The position numbers were made by a program, and so were the translations under genes. Shown piece after piece: positions 30,429 through 40,140 of a DNA stretch of 64,000 nucleotides; position 1 is the first letter of the stretch; each line of letters begins with the position of its first letter. The notes under the pieces were generated by a model. It had not been told where the DNA came from and did no database searches. It saw only the letters and a list, made by a program, of their open reading frames with translations. Source of the stretch: Candidatus Saccharimonadota bacterium (GTDB taxonomy: Bacteria; Patescibacteriota; Saccharimonadia; Saccharimonadales; JACDBH01); assembly GCA_028289135.1 (NCBI GenBank), contig JAQGGW010000008.1, positions 98,385-162,384 on the forward strand. The letters are read 5' to 3'.

Positions 30429-31664
30429 TTATTCGTAGCGGAGTGACTCGATAGGGTCTTTTCGGGCTGCCTTAATGGCTGGTGCGGTGCCAAAAATAAT
30501 GCCAATTACGGTTGATGCGGCGACCGCCAAGCCAACAATCGGCCAAGTGGCAACCGGTGTTAAAGATGTGCCAATTCTAATAAAGAAGTTGGCAAGCAGC
30601 GCTACCAAAACACCAATTATGCCTCCAACCAAGCTAATGATGGTCGCCTCAATCGAAAATTGGCTGTAGATCTGGCGGTTGGTAGCGCCAATACTTTTTC
30701 TAACGCCGATTTCACGGGTGCGCTCGGTGACGCTGACAAACATTATGTTCATAATCCCAATGCCGCCAACAATTAGCGAAATTGCAGCAATCCCGGCAAT
30801 AAATGATGTTAACATCGACAAAGTTTTGCCTGTAAGTTTTACCGTTTCGGCCTGCGTTAACACCGTAAAATCTTGTTGGCCACCGTGCGTTTCGCTTAAG
30901 GCATCGGTTACTTCATGGCTTAATGCTTTCTCTGTAATTCCAGCCTTAGGTTTGACTAAAATCTGGTAAATATTGGTAGCGTTTCCGCTAATTGCTTTGG
31001 CGGAGCTGTATGGGATAAAAATGGCTGTGTTTAGGTCGCCGCCGCCGGTGTAGGCATTTGCTCCAAAACTGTCAAAAACACCGCCAACAATAAACTCATG
31101 CCCGCGAAGTAGGGCAACCTGGCCAATTGGGACGTTTTCCTGGAAAAGCTGCTCCGCAACAGTTTTGCCAATTATGGCCAAGTTGCGGTCGGCTTCAGAA
31201 TCGCTAAAAAAGCCGCCGTAACTAATCCTTTGCCCAGTTAACTTGGCAAAATCAGCGCCCGTGCCAATGACGATGCTGTTATATTGCCGGCCGTCTCTGG
31301 TGATAGCTTGGGCGGAAATAGTGCTAAGCGGGGTAGTGCTTTGTACATCCTGGATTTTTGTAATTGCTTGTAAATCTTGGTTGGTTAAGGCGGCCGTGCC
31401 GAATGCGGCTTGGTAGTTGGCGCTGGTAACATTCCCGTTTTTATCCCTGTTTACCAGTTTGCCAGGGCGGACGGTCAGGACATTTTTAGCGCTGGTAGCG
31501 ACGCTGCCGGCTATCTGTTTGCGGACACCTTCGCCCAAAGAAACGGCTGTAATAACTGAGGCAACGCCAATAATAATTCCAAGCATTGTCAGCACACTTC
31601 GCAGTTTGGTGCTTTTAATGGATTTAAGCGCCATGTGTACGTTGCGCCCGGCTAGAATCGTCAT
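30429..31664 (-). CDS. ABC transporter permease, MacB/FtsX family
   Basis: N-terminal TM, about 230-aa extracytoplasmic domain, C-terminal FtsX-type 3 TM. Overlaps the upstream ATPase by 4 nt. Confidence 0.85.
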   Translation of the reverse strand: MTILAGRNVHMALKSIKSTKLRSVLTMLGIIIGVASVITAVSLGEGVRKQIAGSVATSAKNVLTVRPGKLVNRDKNGNVTSANYQAAFGTAALTNQDLQAITKIQDVQSTTPLSTISAQAITRDGRQYNSIVIGTGADFAKLTGQRISYGGFFSDSEADRNLAIIGKTVAEQLFQENVPIGQVALLRGHEFIVGGVFDSFGANAYTGGGDLNTAIFIPYSSAKAISGNATNIYQILVKPKAGITEKALSHEVTDALSETHGGQQDFTVLTQAETVKLTGKTLSMLTSFIAGIAAISLIVGGIGIMNIMFVSVTERTREIGVRKSIGATNRQIYSQFSIEATIISLVGGIIGVLVALLANFFIRIGTSLTPVATWPIVGLAVAASTVIGIIFGTAPAIKAARKDPIESLRYE

Positions 31665-32560
31665 GATTTATTACCTGTAGTTTTAGCGGGAGTTTTTCGT
31701 TTCGTAGGCGTTTTACGGGCTTTTTTACCAGGCTTTTTGGTTAGTTTCTTACGCCCTGGAGCTGCCCGGGCAGGGATGGTACTCATAAATAGTGAAACGC
31801 CCTCCAGCTGCTCTTCTTCGTCGGTTTTTGGCTTGGCCTGGCCGCCGCTGCGGGCCCGGAGTGGCACTTCGCCAATCTTAGTTTGTTCGTCAAACATAAT
31901 ACCGCCGTCGTGCATGTACAAAACGCGGGTCGCATACCGAGTAAGCTCAGGGTTGTGGGTCACCATCAAGATCGTGCTGCCTTTGGCATGCAGCTCCGCC
32001 AATAATTCCAAGACAATCTTGCTGTTAACACTGTCCAGGTTGCCGGTTGGCTCGTCAGCAATAATGAGGCTTGGGTTGCCGACTAACGCCCGGGCAATAG
32101 CCACGCGCTGGGCTTCGCCGCCGCTAAGGTTTTTTGGCAGGTAATATTCGCGGTCGCTAAGGCCGACATCTTCTAATGCGCGGCCAGCTTGTTTGAGCCG
32201 TTTTGTCTGGGTCATTCCGCGGTAGGCAAGCGGCAGGGCAACGTTATCAAGTGCGGTAAGGCGGGGGAGCAGGTTAAAAGACTGGAATATAAATCCAATG
32301 TGGTCACGGCGGGCTTTAGCCAAACGGTTTGGCCGCAGGCGCGACACCACTCGGCCGCTTAAGGAATAGGTCCCGTGGGTTGGCCGGTCGAGCAAACCGA
32401 TGACGTTTAACAGGGAAGATTTGCCTGATCCGCTGGCACCCATAATTGCCACAAACTCGCCTTTTTTTACAATTAAATTAACCTCGTCCAAAGCCACGGT
32501 GGTAGCATTGCCGAAGCCGTAAATTTTGGATACGTTGGTGAGTTCAATAACATCAGGCAT
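31661..32560 (-). CDS. ABC transporter ATP-binding protein (MacB/LolD-like) with Lys-rich C-terminal tail
   Basis: Walker A GASGSGKSS, signature LSGGEAQRVAIARAL, Walker B LIIADEPTGNLD. Tail is PGRKKLTKKPGKKARKTPTKRKTPAKTTGNKS. Confidence 0.9.
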   Translation of the reverse strand: MPDVIELTNVSKIYGFGNATTVALDEVNLIVKKGEFVAIMGASGSGKSSLLNVIGLLDRPTHGTYSLSGRVVSRLRPNRLAKARRDHIGFIFQSFNLLPRLTALDNVALPLAYRGMTQTKRLKQAGRALEDVGLSDREYYLPKNLSGGEAQRVAIARALVGNPSLIIADEPTGNLDSVNSKIVLELLAELHAKGSTILMVTHNPELTRYATRVLYMHDGGIMFDEQTKIGEVPLRARSGGQAKPKTDEEEQLEGVSLFMSTIPARAAPGRKKLTKKPGKKARKTPTKRKTPAKTTGNKS

Positions 32561-32652
32561 GGTTTATTAAGTGTACGCAGTTTGCAATATGTTGTGCAAG
32601 GTATTATTGATGTATTTTTTCAGATATAATGAGCCCTGCACTAAAAACTTAT

Positions 32653-32742
32653 GGAGAGGTCGCATAGTGGCCTAGTGCGCCGCCTTGGAAAGGCGGTAAG
32701 CCCGCAAGGGTTTCGGGGGTTCAAATCCCCCCCTCTCCGCCA
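32653..32742 (+). tRNA. tRNA-Ser(GGA), class II, CCA encoded
   Basis: Acceptor GGAGAGG/CCTCTCC. Anticodon stem CCGCC/GGCGG with loop TTGGAAA (anticodon 32687-32689). Long variable arm. T-arm GGGGG-TTCAAAT-CCCCC. TATAAT at 32625-32630. Confidence 0.9.
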
Positions 32743-32754
32743 CGATTTAAGGAT

Positions 32755-33231
32755 ATGACTATGCATCCAGATGATTATTTAAATAAAGAAGACGAAACTA
32801 CTATTTATTTCTTTTCTTCACCATACGATGTTTTTAATAACTGGAGTGCTCACACAGTCACTATCTGGGGCAAAGAGTTCAATACTGCAGAGCATGCTTA
32901 TCATTACAAAAAGTTTCAAACTACCAATCCTGCAGTTGCCGAGGAGATTTTTAAAGCACCCAGCCCTTGGGCTTGCTTTCAACTATCCCGTAAATACAAA
33001 ACTGAAGTAGAGCCAGCATGGAATGACAACAAGCTAGCCGTAATGGAGACAATTATCAGGTCAAAAATGGCACAAAACGAAGACGTGGTTGAGCAGCTGC
33101 AAAAAACAGGCAAGCGTATAATTGCCGAAAACTCGCCTTGGGACAATTTCTGGGGTTTAGGGTCTGACGGTACGGGCGAAAATAGTTTGGGTAAGATCTG
33201 GATGAAGCTTCGCTCAGAATTATCTATTTAA
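32755..33231 (+). CDS. NADAR (YbiA-like) family protein
   Basis: IYFFSSPYDVFNNWS...FNTAEHAYHYKKF...DNFWGLGSDGTGENSLGKIWMKLR follows the YbiA/NADAR pattern. Confidence 0.8.
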   Translation: MTMHPDDYLNKEDETTIYFFSSPYDVFNNWSAHTVTIWGKEFNTAEHAYHYKKFQTTNPAVAEEIFKAPSPWACFQLSRKYKTEVEPAWNDNKLAVMETIIRSKMAQNEDVVEQLQKTGKRIIAENSPWDNFWGLGSDGTGENSLGKIWMKLRSELSI

Positions 33232-33785
33232 AGTTCAATCGTAAAACGCCATGGCTTGTCTGTGGCTTTTTTAATGCCGATCCGCTTTGTGGACTCAATT
33301 TCTCCAATGGGTTTAGCGGGCGGGATAAGTTCCAGCTTTGTGTGAATAAGCTTTTGCCCGCTGTAAGTAGGAGGTATTGCCAAAGCCTGCACCAAGCTTC
33401 CAGGCCCATTTGTCAGCCGTTTTATATCCGTTGTTTTACGATATTGCTGCATTAACTCAATGCCGTGCGTTGGCTTTAATGCACGCAACAAAACCGCCTC
33501 ACCGTGGCCTTCTTGGCCTGTAACAATGTTCAAACACCAGTGCATCCCATAGATAAAGTACATATACAGCGTACCGGCCTCGTCAAACATTGGCATAGTG
33601 CGTTTGGTTGGCCCGCGGAAGGTGTGCGATGCTTCGTCGTCCTGCCTGTATGCTTCTGTCTCAATAATAATCCCGCCAATATCACCAGCGGGAGTGTGAT
33701 GCACGAGCTCCCAACCAAGCAGGTTTTTGGCGCCGTCCACAGAGTTAGATAAATCAGGCAACATGCTTTTATCTTTGCATAACAA
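33228..33785 (-). CDS. mpg: DNA-3-methyladenine glycosylase (Mpg/AAG family)
   Basis: IIETEAYRQDDEASHTFRGPTKRTMPMF...LYMYFIYGMHWCLNIV. Confidence 0.85.
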   Translation of the reverse strand: MLCKDKSMLPDLSNSVDGAKNLLGWELVHHTPAGDIGGIIIETEAYRQDDEASHTFRGPTKRTMPMFDEAGTLYMYFIYGMHWCLNIVTGQEGHGEAVLLRALKPTHGIELMQQYRKTTDIKRLTNGPGSLVQALAIPPTYSGQKLIHTKLELIPPAKPIGEIESTKRIGIKKATDKPWRFTIEL

Positions 33786-33801
33786 ACGCTAGAGTAGAAG
33801 C

Positions 33802-34248
33802 ATGACAAAGTACTGGATAGGGGTTGTGAGTGCCGACCACGTGGCGCTGGCCGTACAAAATGGTTTTATACAGATTGGCCACGGTAAACGAACGGGCGTA
33901 GCGCGGCAACAAAAAGGGGATTGGATTATTTATTACTCCGCCAAAGCAACAATGGACAGCAAAGAACCGCTGCAAGAATTTACCGCCCTTGGCCAGATCA
34001 CCGATGACGAACCTTATCAAGGCTTGCGTCCAGATGGCTTTAAGCCCTGGCGCCGCAACGCGAACTTCGAAAAGGTAAAACCACTCCCAATCCGCCCGCT
34101 ACTCGGCGAGCTTAGCTTTATTAAAGACAAAACCCACTGGGGCGTAGCTTTCCGCTATGGAATTCTCGAAATCCCCGAACAAGACTTTAACTTACTAGCT
34201 GGCCTACTTCGCCAGTTTGCTGATGCTAATGATGACTTACCTTTTTAA
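33802..34248 (+). CDS. EVE (PUA-like) domain protein
   Basis: MTKYWIGVVSADHV...KGDWIIYYSAK...FTALGQITDDEPYQ pattern. Confidence 0.6.
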   Translation: MTKYWIGVVSADHVALAVQNGFIQIGHGKRTGVARQQKGDWIIYYSAKATMDSKEPLQEFTALGQITDDEPYQGLRPDGFKPWRRNANFEKVKPLPIRPLLGELSFIKDKTHWGVAFRYGILEIPEQDFNLLAGLLRQFADANDDLPF

Positions 34249-34254
34249 ACAGAT

Positions 34255-34800
34255 TTAGCCGAGAGTCAGTTTGAGTTCTTCAAGCGTTGTCTTGATAGCT
34301 GTATTGGTGGCTTCTTCATCGGTAACGTTGCCTTCTAGGTCTATTTCTTGCATGAAGCGGAGGTTTGCTTCGGTTTCGAGCGGTTTAGCACTAATAAGGC
34401 TGCCGAGAACAATTCGTAGAGCTGCAATGGCCTTTGCACCGCCAACCCATCCATAGCCAATCAAGGCAATTGGCTTATCGTTCCATGGCTTTGCCATCCA
34501 GTCGATGGCGTTTTTCAGTACGGCAGTAAAGCTGTAGTTGTATTCGGCTACTAACATAACAACGGCGTCGGATTCTTTAACCATAGCTGTCCATTTGATC
34601 ACGTTAGGATCTGTAGCTTCGAATCCTTCCGCTGCTGGAGACATAGGTGCGTCAAAGAAGGGCAGCGGCATTGTTTTGAAGTCGGCAACTGTAACTTCGT
34701 AATCAGGATAAGTGCTTAGGTGCTCCTGGACTTTGGCAGCAATTTTATCGGCAATCCGGCCTTCGCGCACGCTTGATGTAACTAGTAGTAATTTTTTCAT
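34255..34800 (-). CDS. NAD(P)H-dependent FMN reductase family oxidoreductase
   Basis: MKKLLLVTSSVREGRIADKIA and flavodoxin-like fold motifs. Cotranscribed with ArsR. Confidence 0.75.
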   Translation of the reverse strand: MKKLLLVTSSVREGRIADKIAAKVQEHLSTYPDYEVTVADFKTMPLPFFDAPMSPAAEGFEATDPNVIKWTAMVKESDAVVMLVAEYNYSFTAVLKNAIDWMAKPWNDKPIALIGYGWVGGAKAIAALRIVLGSLISAKPLETEANLRFMQEIDLEGNVTDEEATNTAIKTTLEELKLTLG

Positions 34801-34817
34801 GATGATTCCTTTTGAGG

Positions 34818-35081
34818 TTAGATTTTGCTGGGGTCAATGCCCATTGAACTTAATAATGCTGAGTTGAGTTCATAACTCTTTTCGGTGCCCTTTTTTTGCT
34901 CCAGTATCACACCGGCGTCCACCAGCTTCGTGAAGTGGTGGCTCATAGCGGGTTGGGATAGGGAAGAGCAGTCCTCGACAATGTCGCAGCCAGACACGGT
35001 GCCGCTGCTTTTTGCGAGCTTGCGGACGATGTCGAGCCGTGTTTTGTCGGCCAAAGCTTTAAAGATGTTTACGTTATCCAT
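34818..35081 (-). CDS. ArsR/SmtB family transcriptional regulator
   Basis: FKALADKTRLDIVRKL...SQPAMSHHFTKLVDAGVI winged HTH. Confidence 0.85.
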   Translation of the reverse strand: MDNVNIFKALADKTRLDIVRKLAKSSGTVSGCDIVEDCSSLSQPAMSHHFTKLVDAGVILEQKKGTEKSYELNSALLSSMGIDPSKI

Positions 35082-35163
35082 AACCTATATATAATAATCC
35101 AAACATTTAAATATGTAAATATATAAAAGTAATTCTATCTGTTATTTGGTATACTTATAGGCA

Positions 35164-35841
35164 ATGACTAAGCCAAGAATGAGTATAAAAAGGATCGTTG
35201 GGCCGCTGCTTGTGAGCAGTTTGCTCGGCGTTTTGCTTTATGTTTGCAGGGTTTTGGCCGTGCGAAGCTTTAATTATTGGTATTTGGTGTGGAACTTGGT
35301 GTTAGCTTGGGTGCCGTTATTATTGAGCTATGCGCTTATAAAGTGGCTGCGCATGGGCAGGTGGCTGTCGGTAAAGGGCTTGGCTTTGACGGCTTTATGG
35401 CTGGGGTTTTTGCCGAATAGTTTTTATGTGGTGAGCGACCTGATTCATCTTTCGCCGACGCATGAAATTGGGCTGTTATTTGACGCTGTGATGATCATGG
35501 TTTTTGCCTGGAACGGCTTGCTGCTGGGATTTATCAGTCTTTATCTGGTTCATTTGCAGCTTCGTAAGCGTTTGCAGCCCCGCCTGACCGTTATGCTTGT
35601 TGGGTTTATCCTTGTTTTGTCGAGTTTTGCGGTTTATCTTGGCCGGTCTTTGACCTGGAACACTTGGGATATTATCGTGAATCCAGGCGGCATTTTGCTT
35701 GATGTTTCGGACAGGATTATTAAACCAACGGCTTATCCTTCGACGTTTACGACCACTGTATTGTTTTCTGTCACGCTGATTGCTTTGTACTACACCGTAT
35801 ACAAGCTGGTGGCCGTCATAAGGGACGTCAGCAGAAGCTGA
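35164..35841 (+). CDS. DUF1361-like integral membrane protein
   Basis: About 6 TM. YWYLVWNLVLAWVPLLLS motif, recalled from the DUF1361 family. TGgTATACT lies 8 nt upstream of the ATG. Confidence 0.55.
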   Translation: MTKPRMSIKRIVGPLLVSSLLGVLLYVCRVLAVRSFNYWYLVWNLVLAWVPLLLSYALIKWLRMGRWLSVKGLALTALWLGFLPNSFYVVSDLIHLSPTHEIGLLFDAVMIMVFAWNGLLLGFISLYLVHLQLRKRLQPRLTVMLVGFILVLSSFAVYLGRSLTWNTWDIIVNPGGILLDVSDRIIKPTAYPSTFTTTVLFSVTLIALYYTVYKLVAVIRDVSRS

Positions 35842-35857
35842 TATACTAAAGGCCAAG

Positions 35858-37516
35858 ATGGAAGAGATAAGCAGAGTCATTTCGGGTTTGGTGCAAAAGC
35901 TATACGGCGAAGAAGTTATAGCAGTATTAACGCGCCCCGAAGAGCAATTTGGCGACTACGCGACCAATGTGGCGCTGCAGCTGGCCAAAAAACTTGGCAA
36001 AAACCCCCGTGAAGTCGCGGAACAAATTGCGGCTGAACTAAAACATGAGTCTGTGATTAAAACAGAGGTGGCAGGGCCTGGTTTTATTAATATTACGCTT
36101 AGCGATGCGGCACTTAGCCAACTAATTAGTGCAACGCCGGCCCAGAGCCTGGCGGGGCAAGTTGTTTTAGTGGAGTATTCCGATCCTAATCCATTTAAGC
36201 CATTACATGCAGGGCATTTGTACACTACATTAGTGGGCGACACAATCGCGCGGCTGATTGAAAATGCCGGTGCAGAGACTCATCGGATTAGTTACGGAGG
36301 GGACGTGGGGCTGCATGTTGGCAAATGCATGTGGGGGATTTTGCAGTTTTTGGGCGGTGAGCACCCCGAAAAGCTGGAAGATGTAGTTGATAAGCCAAAG
36401 TGGCTTGGCGAGCGCTATGTAGAGGGAAACAATGCTTATGAAGATGATGAAGCAGCTAAAGCGGAGATTATAGCCACAAACAAACGGGTCTATGAAATCC
36501 ATAGCCAGAATGACCATGAGTCACCGTTCGCCCAGATTTACTGGACTTGCCGGCAGTGGAGCTATGACTACTTTGAAGTGCTTTACCAGGAGCTGCAAGT
36601 ACACCCTTTTGACCGGGTTATTCCAGAGAGTGAAGTCACGGCACTTGGCATAACTACAGTTCGCGAACAGCTTGCGCGCGGAGTCTACAAAGAAAGTGAC
36701 GGAGCTGTGGTTTTTGAAGGTGAGACGTATGGCCTGCATACCCGGGTATTTATGAACTCCGCGGGGCTGCCAACCTATGAGGCCAAGGACGTGGGCCTAA
36801 TGTTGACCAAATGGCAGGATTATCACTACGACCATTCGTATTACATTACCGCCAACGAGCAAGCCGAGTATTTTAAGGTTATGTTTAAGAGTGTGGAGCA
36901 GTTTTTGCCCGAAGCTGCCGAGCGCGCAGTTAGCATTACGCACGGATTTGTGAAGCTGCAGGGCGGGGTCAAGATGAGCTCACGCAAGGGCAACATCGTG
37001 ACGGCGCTAGAAATCCTAGAGGCCGCCCGCGAGGCAGGCAGGGCAACCGGAACAAATCCTAATGAGGGCACAATTTTAGCCGCGGTTAAGTATGCTTTTG
37101 CCAAGAATCGTATGGGTGGTGATATCGTCTATGACCCAATCGAATCTATCGCCTTAGAGGGAAATAGCGGGCCGTATTTGCAGTACGCGCACGCCCGGGC
37201 GCGGAGTATTTTGCGCAAGGCTGGGGATGCGTCTGTTGAAAGTGGGCTGGCTAATTTTGAGGCGGGCGAAAGAAGCCTGGCGCGAAAACTTGGTGAATAT
37301 GCAGAAGTTGTCGACAAAGCGGCCACAGAGCTCATGCCGCATCACGTGTGCACCTATTTGTACGAACTTGCACAAACTTTTAACCGTTTTTATGAGAATA
37401 ATAAGGTCATCGGCGATCCGCGCCAGACCGAGCGGCTTAATTTGGTAACGCTTTATGCCAATACGCTCAAAAATGGCCTTAATCTCCTTGGTATCAATGC
37501 CCCAGAATCTATGTAG
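35858..37516 (+). CDS. argS: arginine--tRNA ligase
   Basis: HAGHL (HIGH), MSSRKG (KMSK equivalent) and a DALR anticodon-binding C-terminus ending in M. Confidence 0.95.
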   Translation: MEEISRVISGLVQKLYGEEVIAVLTRPEEQFGDYATNVALQLAKKLGKNPREVAEQIAAELKHESVIKTEVAGPGFINITLSDAALSQLISATPAQSLAGQVVLVEYSDPNPFKPLHAGHLYTTLVGDTIARLIENAGAETHRISYGGDVGLHVGKCMWGILQFLGGEHPEKLEDVVDKPKWLGERYVEGNNAYEDDEAAKAEIIATNKRVYEIHSQNDHESPFAQIYWTCRQWSYDYFEVLYQELQVHPFDRVIPESEVTALGITTVREQLARGVYKESDGAVVFEGETYGLHTRVFMNSAGLPTYEAKDVGLMLTKWQDYHYDHSYYITANEQAEYFKVMFKSVEQFLPEAAERAVSITHGFVKLQGGVKMSSRKGNIVTALEILEAAREAGRATGTNPNEGTILAAVKYAFAKNRMGGDIVYDPIESIALEGNSGPYLQYAHARARSILRKAGDASVESGLANFEAGERSLARKLGEYAEVVDKAATELMPHHVCTYLYELAQTFNRFYENNKVIGDPRQTERLNLVTLYANTLKNGLNLLGINAPESM

Positions 37517-37592
37517 CAAGTGCAATGTATGTTGTTTTTACCCGCATAAGCGGTTTGTTTTGGTATGATTGGGGTAAATTAAGGAGTTAATT

Positions 37593-38051
37593 ATGGCAGA
37601 AAATGAATCTTCGACCCCCAAAACCCCGCGTGAGGCAAAAGTAGCGGACGCGGCGCGGCTTAAGGCGCTGCGCGAAAACAGTGCAGTCGGCAAGCAGCTG
37701 GGCGGATTTATGGATTTTGTCCGTACCCAAGGAATTGTTGGCCTGGCGGTTGGTTTGGCGATTGGTACGCAGGCTAATTCAACGGTCAAATCCATCGTCG
37801 ATGGTTTTATTACCCCAGTTGTTGGCTTTATTATCGGCAGCCCAAAAGGTCTGGCCGCGGCAACGTGGAATGTTATCGGCAAAGACACAAAAACTACAGA
37901 TTATTGGTTGAGCCTCGGCAACAGGCAGCTCGTTATTGGCTGGGGCGGGGTACTATCTTCACTTATTACGCTTTTGGCAGTTGCGGCGGTTATTTACTTT
38001 GTTGTTAAAGGCTTTGGCTTCGGCAAATTAGACAAGAAAAAAGACAACTAG
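37593..38051 (+). CDS. mscL: large-conductance mechanosensitive channel MscL (N-terminal extension of about 35 aa)
   Basis: [22 protein letters not shown]1 signature and a second TM near the C-terminus. AAGGAG RBS. Confidence 0.85.
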   Translation: MAENESSTPKTPREAKVADAARLKALRENSAVGKQLGGFMDFVRTQGIVGLAVGLAIGTQANSTVKSIVDGFITPVVGFIIGSPKGLAAATWNVIGKDTKTTDYWLSLGNRQLVIGWGGVLSSLITLLAVAAVIYFVVKGFGFGKLDKKKDN

Positions 38052-38080
38052 TCCGGTCGGGAAGAGCGTATACTAGAGGT

Positions 38081-38476
38081 ATGGATATGCCTCAAACAGA
38101 AGATGAATGGAAAGCAAAGCTGACACCTGAGCAGTATGCTGTTTTGCGCGAAAAGGGGACAGACGCGCCTTTTAGCGGGGCATTGGTTAACAACCACGAC
38201 ACTGGCGATTATATGTGCGCGGCTTGCGGCTCTAAGCTGTTTGACAGCACGACAAAGTTTGAAAGCGGCAGCGGCTGGCCAAGTTTTTATGACCCAGCAA
38301 ACAAAGACGCCGTTAAACTAATCGAAGACAACAGCCTGGGCATGAGCCGCACCGAAGTTGTCTGCGCCACCTGCGGCGGGCACCTTGGGCACTTGTTTAA
38401 CGACGCCTACGATCAGCCAACGGGCAACCGCTTTTGCATGAATTCCACCTCGCTCGCATTTAAACCAAAATCGTAA
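38081..38476 (+). CDS. msrB: peptide-methionine (R)-S-oxide reductase MsrB
   Basis: CAACGSKLF...GSGWPSF...[12 protein letters not shown]...RFCMNS. Confidence 0.93.
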   Translation: MDMPQTEDEWKAKLTPEQYAVLREKGTDAPFSGALVNNHDTGDYMCAACGSKLFDSTTKFESGSGWPSFYDPANKDAVKLIEDNSLGMSRTEVVCATCGGHLGHLFNDAYDQPTGNRFCMNSTSLAFKPKS

Positions 38477-38491
38477 ATAAAGGGGGCGCTT

Positions 38492-38866
38492 ATGATAATA
38501 ACCACCGAAGAAGATGGCTTGTGCGTTATACTCCATGGGCGCGAGCAGCTGTGGGCCCTGCGTGCAAAGCTCCAGATTAACAGGGATGATATTCTTAATA
38601 TCAGCTTTGTGGGTATGTTTGACGACTGGCGTAAATGGGAAGTCCGGATGCCTGGGGCAAGCATTCCTGGGCGCCTTTTGGCAGGGTCGTACTGGACAGA
38701 AGAAGGCTGGGATTTTGTGTATGTCGTTAACCCGCGCGGGTTTGTAAAACCAAAGGCCGACAACGTTTTGGTCATAGAAACCGACCAAACCCGGTACAAG
38801 CGGATAATTTTGAGCTATGATACGGCGGAAGCAAAAAGGATAGTGGCGTGGTGGAAGAAAAAGTAA
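38492..38866 (+). CDS. hypothetical protein
   Basis: 124-aa ORF, GGGG RBS-like upstream. No motif recognised. Confidence 0.5.
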   Translation: MIITTEEDGLCVILHGREQLWALRAKLQINRDDILNISFVGMFDDWRKWEVRMPGASIPGRLLAGSYWTEEGWDFVYVVNPRGFVKPKADNVLVIETDQTRYKRIILSYDTAEAKRIVAWWKKK

Positions 38867-38874
38867 AACTAGAC

Positions 38875-40140
38875 ATGGACGATAGTTGGAACGCTGCCGT
38901 TGATAGGAAGCCGTTGCCAGTTAAAAAAAATCGTAAAAAGTTAATTTTGGCACTTGTTGTGGCTATTGTTTTAGTTGGTTTTGGGGCAGCGTTCATCCTT
39001 CATAAAAAGCCCGCATTAAAAACTGCTGGCAAAACAAATAACACCTCAAAAGTTATTGCGGACAAGCATGCGAACCGTATCCGTGTGCTGATGGCGGGGG
39101 ACTTTATCGCACATGATTCCATTAACTCCCAGGCCAAGCAGGCAAATGGAACTTATGACTACCTCCCAATGATCAAAGACTTTACGCCCATTTTTAGCGC
39201 GGCGGACATCCGTTTTTGCCATGACGCCAACCTCAACGGCGGGGCGGCTTTTACGATTGCCGGCTATCCAAAGTTTAACTCTCCGACCGAATTTGCCCGA
39301 GACATGGGCAAAGTTGGCTGCAATATTGTCGCCACTGGCAGCAACCATAGTTTTGACCGTAACCAAGCCGCAATCGACGCGTCTATTGATGCCTGGGAAC
39401 AGTCGCCTAACACCTTGGCGGTTGTTGGGCAGAACCATGACCAGGCCGCCCACGACGCGGTTAATTATTTTAGCGTAAAAGGGGTTAAATTTGCCTTTTT
39501 GGCCTATACGACCTACCTAAACACCGACGCGCCGGCTCAAAACGGCTACGGCGTAAATGTATTCAGCCAGGATTATGCGGCCAAGCAAATCAAAACCGCC
39601 AAGGACAATGGCGCGAAGATTATCATCACAAGCATCAGGTGGGGGACGGAGTATTCAGCCGATGTTTCTGCCTCGCAAAAGACCACTGCCCAGTTTTTGG
39701 CTGACCAAGGGGTCGACCTGATTATAGGCCATGGCTCACATGTTTTGGAGCCAGCGGCCCAGCTTACTGGCGCCGGCGGAAAAAAGTCCTTGGTTTGGTA
39801 CAGCATTGGCAACTTTTTAAACACCCAGGAGCCAGCCGAGACACTATTTAACGGCTTGCCGGTTGTCGATTTTGATAAGGATACGCTAGAAATTACCAAC
39901 ATGCAGTTTTTGCCAATCTACCAGCATTACGAATGGACTGCGGCACAGGCCAAGGCCGATGACATCGCTGCCAGGACAAACATTCATATGTACCTGCTAG
40001 AAAACGCTACCCAGGCTATGATTGATTCCCAACAGCTTAAGACTACTGTCCAGGCCCAAAAAGACCGCATTATGAACACGCTTAACTCCGACGGCCTCAC
40101 AATTCCGCTCATTACGTCTAAAACATATTACGAAGAATAG
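38875..40140 (+). CDS. CapA/PgsA-like metallophosphoesterase family protein (membrane anchored)
   Basis: N-terminal TM, then RVLMAGDFIAHDS, GSNHSFD, IIGHGSHVLEP. An alternative GTG start at 38848 would overlap the upstream gene. Confidence 0.7.
   Translation: MDDSWNAAVDRKPLPVKKNRKKLILALVVAIVLVGFGAAFILHKKPALKTAGKTNNTSKVIADKHANRIRVLMAGDFIAHDSINSQAKQANGTYDYLPMIKDFTPIFSAADIRFCHDANLNGGAAFTIAGYPKFNSPTEFARDMGKVGCNIVATGSNHSFDRNQAAIDASIDAWEQSPNTLAVVGQNHDQAAHDAVNYFSVKGVKFAFLAYTTYLNTDAPAQNGYGVNVFSQDYAAKQIKTAKDNGAKIIITSIRWGTEYSADVSASQKTTAQFLADQGVDLIIGHGSHVLEPAAQLTGAGGKKSLVWYSIGNFLNTQEPAETLFNGLPVVDFDKDTLEITNMQFLPIYQHYEWTAAQAKADDIAARTNIHMYLLENATQAMIDSQQLKTTVQAQKDRIMNTLNSDGLTIPLITSKTYYEE

Noticed and set aside
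38318-38799. Two long minus-strand ORFs (156 and 128 aa) spanning the msrB 3' end and the 38492 gene.
   Set aside because: They cross the boundary of two plus-strand genes, one of which (msrB) is unambiguous. There is no promoter, RBS or motif support.
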